Origin: Somniosus microcephalus
Lineage: Eukaryota
Assembly (NCBI GenBank): GCA_052327205.1
Contig: JBMRGM010000043.1
Coordinates: 31,248,001-31,312,000 of the forward strand
DNA length: 64,000 nucleotides
Reading direction: 5' to 3'
Positions 35,357 through 47,099 of this stretch are shown here, one piece after another. Each line of letters starts with the position of its first letter. The first letter of the stretch is position 1. Made by a program: the position numbers and the translations under genes. The notes beneath the pieces were generated by a model that saw only the letters and a list, made by a program, of their open reading frames with translations, had not been told where the DNA came from and did not search any database.

Positions 35357-35458
35357 TGCAGATTCACACAACCGCGATCAGAGCCTCAGTTTTTACACTT
35401 TTTCTTGTTGCTGCCCTGATTGCACTGGTACTCGTCAATCGTCCCAACAAGAAACAAG
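35357..35458 (+). CDS. Gene 2 transmembrane exon with Arg
   Basis: ttccAG|...aaacaag|GTgagt, 102 bp, VQIHTTAIRASVFTLFLVAALIALVLVNRPNKKQ. Confidence 0.85.
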
Positions 35459-35982
35459 GTGAGTCATGTTTTACAGGCAGGTGATTGGCTCTATAGTCAC
35501 GTGAAGGGCTTCAGTGTATTCTATATTCAGTTGCGACATTCAAAATGCAACCATATTATTTGGGCAAAAGAGGGATAGTCTGGGCTGGAAAAAGAAAAAT
35601 GTTATTTGAAATGACGATCTCAGAACAGACAGGAGCTTAAGACTGGGGCGAATTTGCCCAGTTAAGTGTTTTTATTTCCCTTTGTGCTGTTCAGAATTGA
35701 TATGCATGTGGCCGAGGGGTAGAACAATAAGTGGCAGCATCATTCGTGGTTAGTGTGAGGAGACGATGCATCCTAAAGGATTTGTAACGCGGTATATGGT
35801 AATATCTTACATGTTTCTGTATATCTTTTCTGTATTGATTCTGTATTAATAAGTCATTTAATGCACGTTTGTAAAAGTTTAGATTTAATGTGAATGAATA
35901 CGTTTGCAGTTAAACAAATCCACCTGTACAGCAATATTTATTGTACAACTTGCTGAAGTAGGTCTCTTCCTGTTTTATCCAG

Positions 35983-36013
35983 AAAATTCTTCAAGAATTT
36001 CACAATCGTTTGG
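35983..36013 (+). CDS. Gene 2 cytoplasmic exon 1
   Basis: ttatccAG|...tttgg|GTaagt, 31 bp, ENSSRISQSFG. Confidence 0.78.
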
Positions 36014-36934
36014 GTAAGTCCACGCAATTTTTAGCTGAATAAGCCATAGCTATATCCCTGAATATACTCAGTCTCTGTATAGCTGAACTAAACGCGGTAA
36101 ATGCTTGTGCGGTAGATTTTATCAATTGCATTGAACTTTAATCTGGCATTACGGATCAGCCTCCTGTTATAGAAAACACCATATTTTAATTTAATTTGAG
36201 TTGAATGGGATTGAAAAACATGTGGTTTCTACAACGCGTGTCTGTTCTGCTACACCACTTTTTATTCCGGGCACCGAGTTGGAAAATCTGCCCCATTGAC
36301 GATAAGCCTTTACTGTAGCTCGCACTCAAACGATTACACTCCCTGCAGTCTATAAGGAGTGATCATTTTCTAAGTTATGTCAGTTGTACCTGAACTTCCT
36401 AACTTAAACAGAGTGAAATTCGCCCTGCGTGGCACAGTAAAAGGGGTGATTACAAATCGTTTTACAGTCCGCAGATTAGATTCCAGTGACTTGTAAACAA
36501 ATATTGGGCGGAGTGTAAAAACTGTTGGAGTTTCGTTTAACCCTGCTCTCCACCACCGCCCAAGAAGAAATTATACCCCAAACTCTTCAATCACTCAGTG
36601 AGCTGGACTATTCTTTAATCCTCCAATTTAATCCTCATGTAAATCACAGGGACCTGAAGCATTCTAGGATTTGGTGTGCAGGGCGATTGCGCATGTAGTT
36701 AATTTTAGTAACATTCACACAGTGACTATCTCAGGCAGTGGTCCATTTAACTGAACAAGCTTTTCTGGATACAGTTCTACTATTGATCAGCTTGAACAGT
36801 GTTTGTTGGCTTGGAATATCTAGTCCCCTTGTGAATCCAGTCGCTGTTTATTTTCCGACTCCCCTATGCTGGACATCATTCCACATGTGTTTTAACCTCT
36901 GACTGAATGTTGCTTGAACTTTCGATACGCTTGT

Positions 36935-38335
36935 GTGGCCCTCAATTTGAAACTGTGGCACTCTTCTAGAGCTTCGGTATGGAAGCACATCTCTATACGC
37001 ATTACCCAATCCTGTCATAATCATAAATAATAATTTTTAAAACTTCTCCATCTTCTTTCAAGATTGATTTTTTTTTAAATTACTCCAACTCCTTTCAAGG
37101 CTTTATCTCCCTGGTTTTGTAACTAATCTAGTGACCCAGCCTTTATATTCAACAAGCGTCTAGTATGTTTCTCTTATTAAAAAGATATCAACATTGTATT
37201 CACTGCGCCAGATGTGGGACATCTGCTGGGCAGAGCACAGAAAGGAAGATCTGGTCGGAATGATCTCTTGCTGAAAGCAGAAACGCTTGATTTCTGTTCC
37301 ATTAAGTACCGTGAAAGGAAAATCCTGCATGTTCTGTAAAAGATGTGTTAACCTCTCCACCATATTCTCATCTTTGCATTCCTTCAACATGATTCTTAAC
37401 AAACAAATGGCAGGAAAAATCATTGATACCCCATGAACTTGCATCAATACCAATTATAAATTTACGGTTATCTTTCTTGATTTCTGTGGCCCTCAATTTG
37501 TAACTGTGGCACTCTTCTTGAGCTTCGGTATTAAAACGCATCTCTAAGCACATTCCACCATCCTGTCATAATCATAAATAATATTTCAAAAAACTTCTCA
37601 TTCTTCTTTCAAGACTAATTTTTTCAAAATACTCCAACTCCTTTCATCACTCTGTCCCCTTGGTTTTGGAACTAATCTAATGATCCTGCCTTTACATTCA
37701 TCAAGAGTCTAATATGTTTCTCTTATAAAAATGATATCAACACTGTACTCACTGCGCCAGATGTGGGACATCTGCTGGGCTGACAGCATAACGTATGTTC
37801 AGTTGGAAGGTATCCCTTGCTGAACGCAGAACCGCTTGATATAAACACATATAAAACACATCTGTATGCACATTTCCCAAAAACCTCTTAATCATAAATA
37901 ATTATTGCTAAACTTCGCATTATTCTTTCAAGACTGAATTTTATCACAATACTCCAACTCCTTTCAAGGCTCTATCGCCCTGGTTTTGAATGTAAGCTCG
38001 TGACACGCCCTTTATATTCAACAAAAGAATCAATGTTTATTTTATTAAAATGATACCAGCACTGTACTCCCTGCGCCAGATGTGGGACATCTGCTGGGCA
38101 GAACACAGAAAGGAAGCTTGGTTGGGAAGGAGCTCTTGCCGAAAGCAGAACCACTTGCTCCCTGTTCCATTAAGCTGCGTGCAAGGAAAATCCTGCCTGT
38201 TCTGTAAATGATGTGTGAACCTCTCCACCAGGTTCCTCTTTGATTTCCTCCAACGTGATTTTTAGCACAAAAATCATAGAAAAAATGTTTTTAACAAAGG
38301 ACATGCTCCAATACCAACTATAATTTTAAGGTTAT
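36935..38335. repeat. Three diverged tandem copies of a ~300-550 bp unit
   Basis: The core 'ctgcgccagatgtgggacatctgctgggc' occurs at 37203, 37752 and 38071. 'tactccaactcctttca' also occurs three times. Confidence 0.85.
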
Positions 38336-39348
38336 CTCCCGTGATTTATAAGTTACACGGTGGTGATATATCTCAACATTCTCTACAGTTCCTAATTCAC
38401 TTTCAACACTGCACCCACTTTTTTTTTTAAACTGATACCCAAATATCAATGATACATTCTTCCTTTTATTTGGTATTGAATCCTCCCTTCCATTTAGGAC
38501 ACAATGGGTCAAATTTGCTTTTCCAATGGAGTTGAAAGCAGGTGGTAAGGGATGGCCGGCCAGTTTTACACACAGCCTACTTTCCATTTCCAAAATCGGC
38601 TGGAGTGTAAAACGAGCGGCTGAGCCTTTACCACCCATATTCTGCTGGACGGTAAAAGTGAATATTAACTTCAACTTTCCAACTTGCCGCTCGGGCATAA
38701 ACTGCCATTTCTGGTCAGCCGTCCAATTGAGATTGCGCCCGATTATCCTGTGAAACAATTTCGAAGCTATGAAAATCCGGCGAGTGCTGTTTCTTACTGC
38801 CCAGCAGTAATGTGGATCATATACCCCCCGCCAGGAGACACTCTTACTACGTTACAATCTTCAACCATAATCAGTATAACTTAATTTGGGGCCGCAGCAC
38901 ACAGCGAGCACTAACGAATCTATTGCACATTTTGGACTCGACCGATTTTATTTTCCATAAATTTCAATGGATCAAAAATGATCTAGAGGATTTCTAAATG
39001 GACAGCCGATTCGCTACATTTCGCTTTGCGGTGTCTTCAAGGACCAATTTCTACCAAAGTGAGTCATGATAATGGAAATCTGGAAAATACCTGAGGTAAT
39101 TCAGGATCTGCTGAGAGAATGACGTTAGACCCCTGGGGAGGAAAGTGCCACGGATCGGCAACCTGTCTACCTTGAGCTTCTTCAACTGGTCCAATGGATG
39201 TGGACTTGCAAGTTTAAGGTTATGTCTCTTGTAAACTGCTTGCTTGTTTTTGATATTTATTCTACTATTTCATCTTATTTGAAAGTAAAATTTCCGTTGT
39301 CCACGATTATTGTTAAACTTTAATCTCTGTGAACATTTCCGCACTTAG

Positions 39349-39434
39349 GGAGGCAACTAGAAACAGACCTCCAAGTGAAGAGAATTCTGCAGACAATTCC
39401 GAGTCTGCAGGTGTGCGATCAGCTCAAAGCACCG
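39349..39434 (+). CDS. Gene 2 cytoplasmic exon 2 (Tyr lost)
   Basis: cacttAG|g...agcaccg|GTaagt, 86 bp, phase 2-1. Translates EATRNRPPSEENSADNSESAGVRSAQST. Differs from gene 1 by an in-frame 6-bp indel and TAT>TCT. Confidence 0.75.
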
Positions 39435-39699
39435 GTAAGTTCAACCTGATCAGCATGTGATGAACCGTAGATTGTTTGGGGTAACATTTCCATCGGAAGT
39501 TCTCTCCAATATCGTTATCACTTCGGCAGAAGTTAGGCTACAACTCCAGAGAGATCACCCTTTCTGCAAGTTTTCCACGGAAATTCCACCAACGTTACGA
39601 CGAGACATTGGGAAAAACCACATAGAGTTTCTATTTCCTTCTCTGCGTACACTCAGCACAATCTAGCGTTAGGTTTTCTTCTTCACTGTCTGGATATTG

Positions 39700-40400
39700 A
39701 CCTATTATATCTCTAACATTATCTCAAAGTCTATGTCAATGGCTGGTCTACATCTATATCTGTGTCTATGTCTATGTCTCTCTCTATGTCTATTCCTATC
39801 TCGAACTCTATGTTGATCTCTATGTCCACCTCCATCAATCAGTCTTTACCTATCTCCATATCTATGTCTAGCTCTATCTTTATATCTCTACTTCTTTATC
39901 CACCTCCATCTCTCTATCTCTACGTATATCCCAGTCTCTCGCAATCTATCATCATGCCTCACTATATTTCTTTACATTTATCTTGCTTTCCATCGCTCCA
40001 TCTCTCTCTCTATCTATCTATTTGTATCTATCTCTATTGATCACTCTGTCTTGCTGGTTACAACTCTATCTCTCTCTGTCTATGTCCATTTAGATATCGA
40101 TCTCTAGCTCCCCTATCTCTACGTCTATGCCAGACTCTTTCTATATGTTTATGCACCTCTATTTGTATCAAATAATTTATTAGTATCTCTATCACTGGCT
40201 CTAGTTATTTGTCTACCAGTAACTCCAAATTTATGTCGGTCTCAATCATCTCTCTGTCTCTGTGCCTATCAATATCTATTTCGATTTATATCCCTCTTTC
40301 TCTATATTCTATCTCTATCTTTATCTCTATCACTATCACTATCTCTGTCTCTATCTCTACCTCTGTCTAAAATCTCTACTCCCTATCTCTTTCTCTAAAC
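39700..40400. repeat. Expanded degenerate (TCTA/TCTATC)n low-complexity tract
   Basis: About 700 bp of tc/ta-rich repeats, which produce spurious S/I/L/Y-rich ORFs. Confidence 0.8.
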
Positions 40401-40424
40401 CGTCATTAATCTCTGATATTACAG

Positions 40425-40465
40425 TCATACTCTTATGGACACCTGTTGCTTGCGAAACTGTGTAA
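40425..40465 (+). CDS. Gene 2 candidate terminal exon
   Basis: attacAG|tc ata ctc...gtg TAA in phase 1 gives VILLWTPVACETV*. AATAAA follows at 40497-40502. No paralog support. Confidence 0.45.
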
Positions 40466-41464
40466 ATCCTGAGTGAAATATGATGGCTCTCTACAGAATA
40501 AAATTGTGCCTTATGTAAAGAATCAAAGTTAAGTTATACTAATATTGCAGTTAATTTACTTGGATACTCTTAAGAGCCGAGATGGATTTCCTTCTCCACC
40601 ACTCGGTCGAACGAAATAAAAGTGATCTTACTGTCCTTAGATATCTTTTTCTTAATCTTTATATTCGATCTGATAATTAATTCCTTGTGAAAACATATCA
40701 AACGAGTAACAGAAATGGACTCAAAATGTGCAATACAATAGAGAATTTTGCATTGATAGAATGTTAACTTCCTTTCATGGAAAGTTTGAATCTTCTGACT
40801 GTAACGAGGCCCATGTGACATGAATCATCAGCAACTGGAAGGCAATCGAGAGCCTGAGCACCAAGAAGATAAATACAGATGTTCGGAGTCTACAGGAATC
40901 TACAGAAAATTCTGAAGGCAATAGTTGAAGCAAGCATGTTATTCCTACAAGTAACTAAAGAACGATATTGCTGGGGAGCACCTCAGTTCGTGATGTTCAT
41001 TCAAAGCAAAAACTGTCAATCGTCACGATTCAACCACGATTTGGATTTTTCTTCACAAGAGCCTCTATGTACAGAACCTGATTCATTTCATTGCTGTATA
41101 CAGCTGTTGATGCCTCATCACAGAGAATAAGGGGCCCAAGTTGAATAACTTCAGCATCTGTTTCTGGATGTAGATGCCATGAGGCCAATGATCTAATGAA
41201 ACTTTTGATAAACTAGCTTCCTGACTGTGCCTGAAATATTTTCATTCTGACCTAAATGACTTTCGATCGCTTGGACATTTCGCTTGTATACGCCAGATTA
41301 ATAACTGCTTACCTCCCAGATGTTTCGGGACATCTTCTGATTGATTGATTTCGCCTGGAGTTTCTGTATTGGTACTAATTGTCTGCTTATAAACCTGGAT
41401 GTATCATTTCAGCTACTGAAGAATTGGATTAGGTTCTGGACAGTTTCATGTGTAAGCCTTATTC

Positions 41465-44400
41465 ATAAGAACATAAGAAATAGGAGCAGGAGTAGGCCAA
41501 TCGGCCCCTCGAGCCTGCTCCGCCATTGAATTAGATCATGGTTGATCTGATCCTAACCTCAAATCTACTTCCACTCTCCATCCCACCCGAACCTATGTGA
41601 TCTACAAGGAGAGGAGAAAAACCAGATAAAAAAACCCAATGGCCAATTTGGGAGAAAAAATCTGGGAAATTCCTCTCCGACCTATCTAGGCGATCGAAAC
41701 TCGTCCAGGAGAGCACTCTGTCCATGTCATTCCTACAGTACTTACCTTCTGTAAAAGGTGATCTCCACCCCAGCCAGCAACAGGCCCAATTTACTCTTGA
41801 AGGACACCTAGCTGGCAGCCTGTTCCCGAGGTCTCCACTAATTCCTGTGAATAGAACCATCTCCTGAAATGTAGCACAGAATTAGAACACAAGAAGTAGG
41901 AGCAGGACCAGGCTACACGGTCCCTGGGCCCACTCCGCCACCCACAGAGCCATGACCGATCCGAACCTAGACTCATGTCCAATTTCCTGCCCGCTCCCCG
42001 TAACCCCTAATTCCCTTTACTTCTCGGAAACTGTCATTTCCTGTTTTAAATTTATTTAATGATGTAGCTTCCACAGCTTTCTGGGGCAGCAAGTTCCACA
42101 GACCTACTACCCTCTGTGTGAAGAAGTTTCTCCTCATCTCAGTTTTGAAAGTGCAGTTTCTTATTCTAAGATTATGCCCCCTAGTTCTAGTTTCACCCAT
42201 CATTGGGAACATCCTCACCGCATCCACCCGATCAAGCCCCTTCACAATCTTATATGTTTCAATAAGATCGCCACTCATTCTTCTGAACTCAAATGAGTAG
42301 AGTCCCAATATACTCAACCACTCCTCATATGTCCACCCCCTCATCCCCGGGATTAACCGAGTGAACCTTCTTTGTACTGCCTCGAGAGCAAGTATGTATT
42401 TTCTTAAGTATCGACACCAAAACTGTATGCAGTATTCCAGGTGCGGTCTCACCAATACCGTGCATAACTGCAGCAATACCTCCCTGTTCTTATATTTTAT
42501 CCCCCTAGCAATAAAGGCCAACATTCCATTGGCCACCCATGCCAGACTATTTCCCCAATTCCATGATCACCTGCTGCACCTGCATACTAACATTTGGAGT
42601 TTCATGCACCAGGACCCCCAGTTCCCTTTGTACTGCAGTACTTTCCAGTTTCTTGCCATTAAGATAATAACTTGCTCTATGATTTTTCCTGCCAAAGTGC
42701 ATAACCTCACACTTTCCAATATTGTATTCCATCTGCCAAATCTCTGCCCACTTATTAGCCTGTCTATGTTCCTTTGCAGGTTTTTTATGTCCTCCACACT
42801 CACTACTTTCCCTCCCATCTTTACATCTTCTGCAAACTTTGCTATGTTACACTCGGTCCCCTCCTCCAAATCGTTAATATAGATTGTAAAGAGTTGAGGA
42901 CCCATCTCTGACCCCTGCTGAACACCACTAGTTACTGATTGCCAGTCTGAGAATTAACCATTTATCCCAACTCTCTGCTTTCTGTTAGATAACCAATCCT
43001 CCATCCATGCCAGACTATTACCCCAATTCCATGATTTTTTATCTTGAGCAATAATCTTTTGTGTGGCACCTTGTCAATTGCCTTTTGGAAGTCTAAATAC
43101 ACTACTTCCACTCGATCCCCTTTAATCACCCTGTATGTTACGTCCTCAAAAAACTAAAGCAAATTTGTCAAACATGACTTCCCCTTCATAAAAGCATGCT
43201 GACTTTGTCCTATTAAATTATGTTTATCCAAATGTCCCGTTACTGTCTCCTTATTAATGGACTCCAAAATTTTACCAACCACAGATGTTGGGCTAACTGG
43301 TCTATAGTTTCCAGCCTTCTGCCTACTACCCTTTTTAAATAAGGGTGTTACATTAGCAGTTTTCCAATCTGCCAGGACCTTTGAATACAGGGAGTTTTGG
43401 AAAATTATTACCAATGCATCCACAACCCCTACCGCCACTTCCCTCAAGACCCTAGGATGTAAGCCATCAGGCCCAGGGGATTTATCCGCCTTGAGTCTCA
43501 TCCTCTAAGGGACCAACATTTACTTTAACCACCCTTTAACTTTTTATATAACTATAGAAACTCTTGCTATCTGTTTTTATATTTTATTTAATTTACTTTC
43601 ATAATCTATCTTCCCTTTCTTAATCAATTTTTTAGATATTTTTTACTGTCTTTTGAAGACTTCACAATCTTCTATCCTCCCACTAGATTTGGCTACCTTA
43701 TATGCCCTTGTTTTTAGATGGATACTTTACTTAATTACTTTACTTAGCCACAGATGGCTGTCATTTCTTTTACACCCTTTTTTCCTCAGTGGAATATATA
43801 TTTTTTGAAAGTTGTAAAATAACTCCTTAAATGTACACCACTGCTCATGTACCGTCTTACCCTTTAATCTATTTTCCCAGTCCACTCTAATCAATTCCAC
43901 ACTCATAACTTCATAGTCTCCTTAATTCAAGCTCAGAACGCTTGTTTGAGATCCAACCTTCTCGCCCTCTAATTGAATATGGAATTCAACCATGTTATGG
44001 TCACTCATTACAAGGGGATCCTTTACTAGGACATTTTTAATTAATCCTGACTCATTAAACAGGACCAGATATAAGGTTGCTTGCCCCCTGGTCGGTTCAG
44101 TTGCATACTGCTCAAGAAACCCATCCCTAATGCACTCAATAAACTCTTCCTCAAGGCTGCCCTGCCCAATTTGATTTGTCCAGTTAATATGATAGTTAGA
44201 ATCCCCCATAATTATAGCTGTTCCCTTATTCCAAGCCCCAACTAGTTCCTGATTAATACTCCGTCCAACAGATTTGCAACTTTTAGGAAGCCTATAGACT
44301 ATGCCCACTAGTGTTTTCTTCCCCTTATTATTCCTTATCTCACAATCCTGATCCTTTGACCCAATATCATTTCTCTGTATTAGTGATTCCTTCCTTTATT

Positions 44401-44812
44401 AACATAGCCACCTCACATCCCCTTCCTTCCTGCCTGTCCTTCCTGATTGTTAAATACCCTGGTATGTTTAATTCCCAGTCATGGTCAACCTGCAGCCATG
44501 TTTCTCTAATGGCCACAAGATCATACCCATATGTAGTTATTTGTGCCGTTAACTCGTCCATTGCGTTACGAATGCTACGTGCATTCAGATAAAGAACTTT
44601 CAAATATGTTTTATATACTTAGTCCTTGCTTTTTCCCCTTTTACTACTTTACATTTTACTCCATACCTTCTGTCCCTTCCTGACACGCTCTGATTTTTAA
44701 TTCCCCTACTGTTACCTAGGTCTATGACCTTCTCCGTTGTCATTTTTATTATTTGCTCTCTAGAAACCTCCCCCCCACCACTTATTAGTTTAAAGCCCTC
44801 TCTACAGCCCTG
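41465..44812 (-). mobile_element. Near full-ORF2 degenerate CR1 LINE with extra tail pieces nested at ~41590-41880
   Basis: Minus ORFs: KVLYLNARSIRN/AIRETWL (endonuclease), IMGDSN, SDHNMV, KSPGPDGLHPRVL, GNYRPVS, KFAEDVK, VRPHLEYC. CR1 tails at 41465 and ~41885. Confidence 0.92.
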
Positions 44813-46439
44813 AAGCTATTCTTTCTGAAGCATTCCGAATATTTGTTACCCTAATAATTCTCTGCAGGACAATTTATTTCAGTGCTATGTTTCCTTGAAT
44901 ATAACATATTGACGTTGGAGCACACCGATTGGCCGATTTTAACTTGGCTGTATCATTTCAGCTCCTGATCAGTTAGGTTCGGGCCTCGATATTTTCACGT
45001 AATAGCTGATTGGCTTTATGTAAACTTGGCACTCTATTTTGGCAGCTGAATAAATAATTTTAACTGGAATGATTCTCTGCTGGCTGCCCTCTTTCAGTGA
45101 CGGGATATTCCAACATTTCTCATGGCATTCGGAGAAAACTGATTGGCTGATTGTAAGCACAGTGGGCTCTTCCAATATAAAAATAATCGCAATTACTATT
45201 GCAACACATATGATCAGGAGATGGTAACGTACCCGTCTGAAGTCTGTTCCCCATTACTGAATGAACAACACAGTACTGAGCGCATTCTGCTTTTCAATGG
45301 CAGGTGGAATCAATATCTTAGGAAGGGAATATTCTGACTGATCTGTAACATGAATCGTCTTTCTTATAAGATAACTAATTAGATGAATGATTAACTATTA
45401 GTAAGCCTGAACATGAAATAGCTACGTTGGTTATTGTTGAACAGACTGGGGAAGGGGACGAATCTCTGGTTGAAAGGGTGAAGAAGTGCGAATTTTTGAA
45501 ATAAATCTGAGTGTGGAGATGCCGTGTTGGATAGTTTGAACATGAGCGCCGGGTCTGATACACTTGTTTATTAACCTGACCTGTATCACCCGTGACTTGA
45601 CTCACTGAAAGTGATGGAGGGGTGGAGGGGGGGACTCTTGCATGTTTAACGCTGCTGTGTATGAAAATGTTGCTGCAGTTAGTCCAAGCACAGTATGTGA
45701 CTTAAAGGAAGTCGACAGCGGTACAGGTGATTTACTGATACATTGGGTACAAACACAATTTCAGATGGATGACAGCATAAGTGCAGGCAGCATCATTGAT
45801 TAGTGAGGACAATGATATTGAAGCATATTTAAAAGCTACTCACAGTTTGATGTGGTGTAAATGATTCACAGCATAATAGTTTCGCCACAGACTGAGGCAG
45901 GCAGGATTGGTGCTCGACACATGGCATTTTAGTGCCTTGAAGAAAGACTGGGGAGGATAGTATTTTGTGACTGAATGTCGAGGAGAACTGAAGATTCGCT
46001 GACAGACTGCATTTTACAGACTGGAACAATGGTATTATCCTTTGCAGTTAAAATCCAGACAAAGCGACATGGACAAGATTTAATTGGTTTATAACATATT
46101 AGTAAAAATATAACTTTTTAAATACAGGATAACAAAACTGAGTAAGTGTTATAATCATTACTATTTAGATTGTTGTTAGACAACCGATATTCTGGTAATG
46201 CTTGGGACAGGAGTACAATTATTGATTCACAGCCAGCCTGCTCAGGGACACGAATTATCAAAATAAAATAGAAGCTGATGGTGTGAATGACTTGCAGGCA
46301 GGTTGGGGATGAAAGTTATTATCAACATCCAAAGACTTGGACATCTGAAGTATAATTTGAGAACCAGCAATGGACAGGGTTGATGCCAGTATGAGAGCAG
46401 GAACTAATAGAGATGCAGCGGAGAGGGTCAATATTGGGA

Positions 46440-46945
46440 CTGTACCCAAACTTATAGGGCAATTTAGAGAGGGTGCAGAAGAGATTTATTAGAATGGTTC
46501 CCGGGATCAGGGTTTACAGTTACGTGGATAGACTACAGTAGCTGGGGTTGTTCTCCATAGAGCAGAAAAGGCTAAGAGGAGATTTGATAAAGGTATTTAA
46601 AATCATGAAATGTTTATGTAGATTAAATAATTGAAAATCTTTCCAATGACTGAAGGATCGATAACCAGGGGGGAGAGAATTAAGTTGATTGGCATAAAAA
46701 CAGACGCAACATGAGGAAAAATTATTTTAATGCAACGAGTGGTTATGATATTGAATTCATTGCCCAATAGAGTGGTGGATGCAGATTCAATAGCAGCCTT
46801 CAATAGGGAATTGGATAAATACTGGTAGGAGAAACAAACTTCAGGGATATGGGGCATAAGCGGTGCTGTGGTACCTTGAAAGAGCCGGTGCAGATTCGAT
46901 GGACCGAATGGCCTCCTTCTGTGCTGTACTATCCCATGCTTCTAT
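46440..46945 (+). mobile_element. Old CR1 3' fragment
   Basis: LERVQKRFIRMVPG..RRLRGDLIKVFKIM-like remnant and the tail 'ggaccgaatggcctccttctgtgctgta'. Confidence 0.75.
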
Positions 46946-47099
46946 AAAATTATATACCCATGCCAGTAGGACACTGATATGGTTAATAGATTCATACAAC
47001 ACATACTCAGTAATTAGAATGTTACACCACCACAATAACAACTTGAATGGACACATTTTTTAAACACAGTCAGCACTGAATGTGTAAGATATTCCATTG

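Noticed and set aside
36935-38335. CRISPR-like array (29-bp conserved core repeated three times)
   Set aside because: The context is eukaryotic, spacing is 320-550 bp, the intervening sequences are homologous and there are no cas genes.
39762-40424. Ser/Ile/Leu/Tyr-rich ORFs, and similar ORFs at 49139-49557 and 58034-58264
   Set aside because: They are translations of microsatellite or low-complexity DNA.
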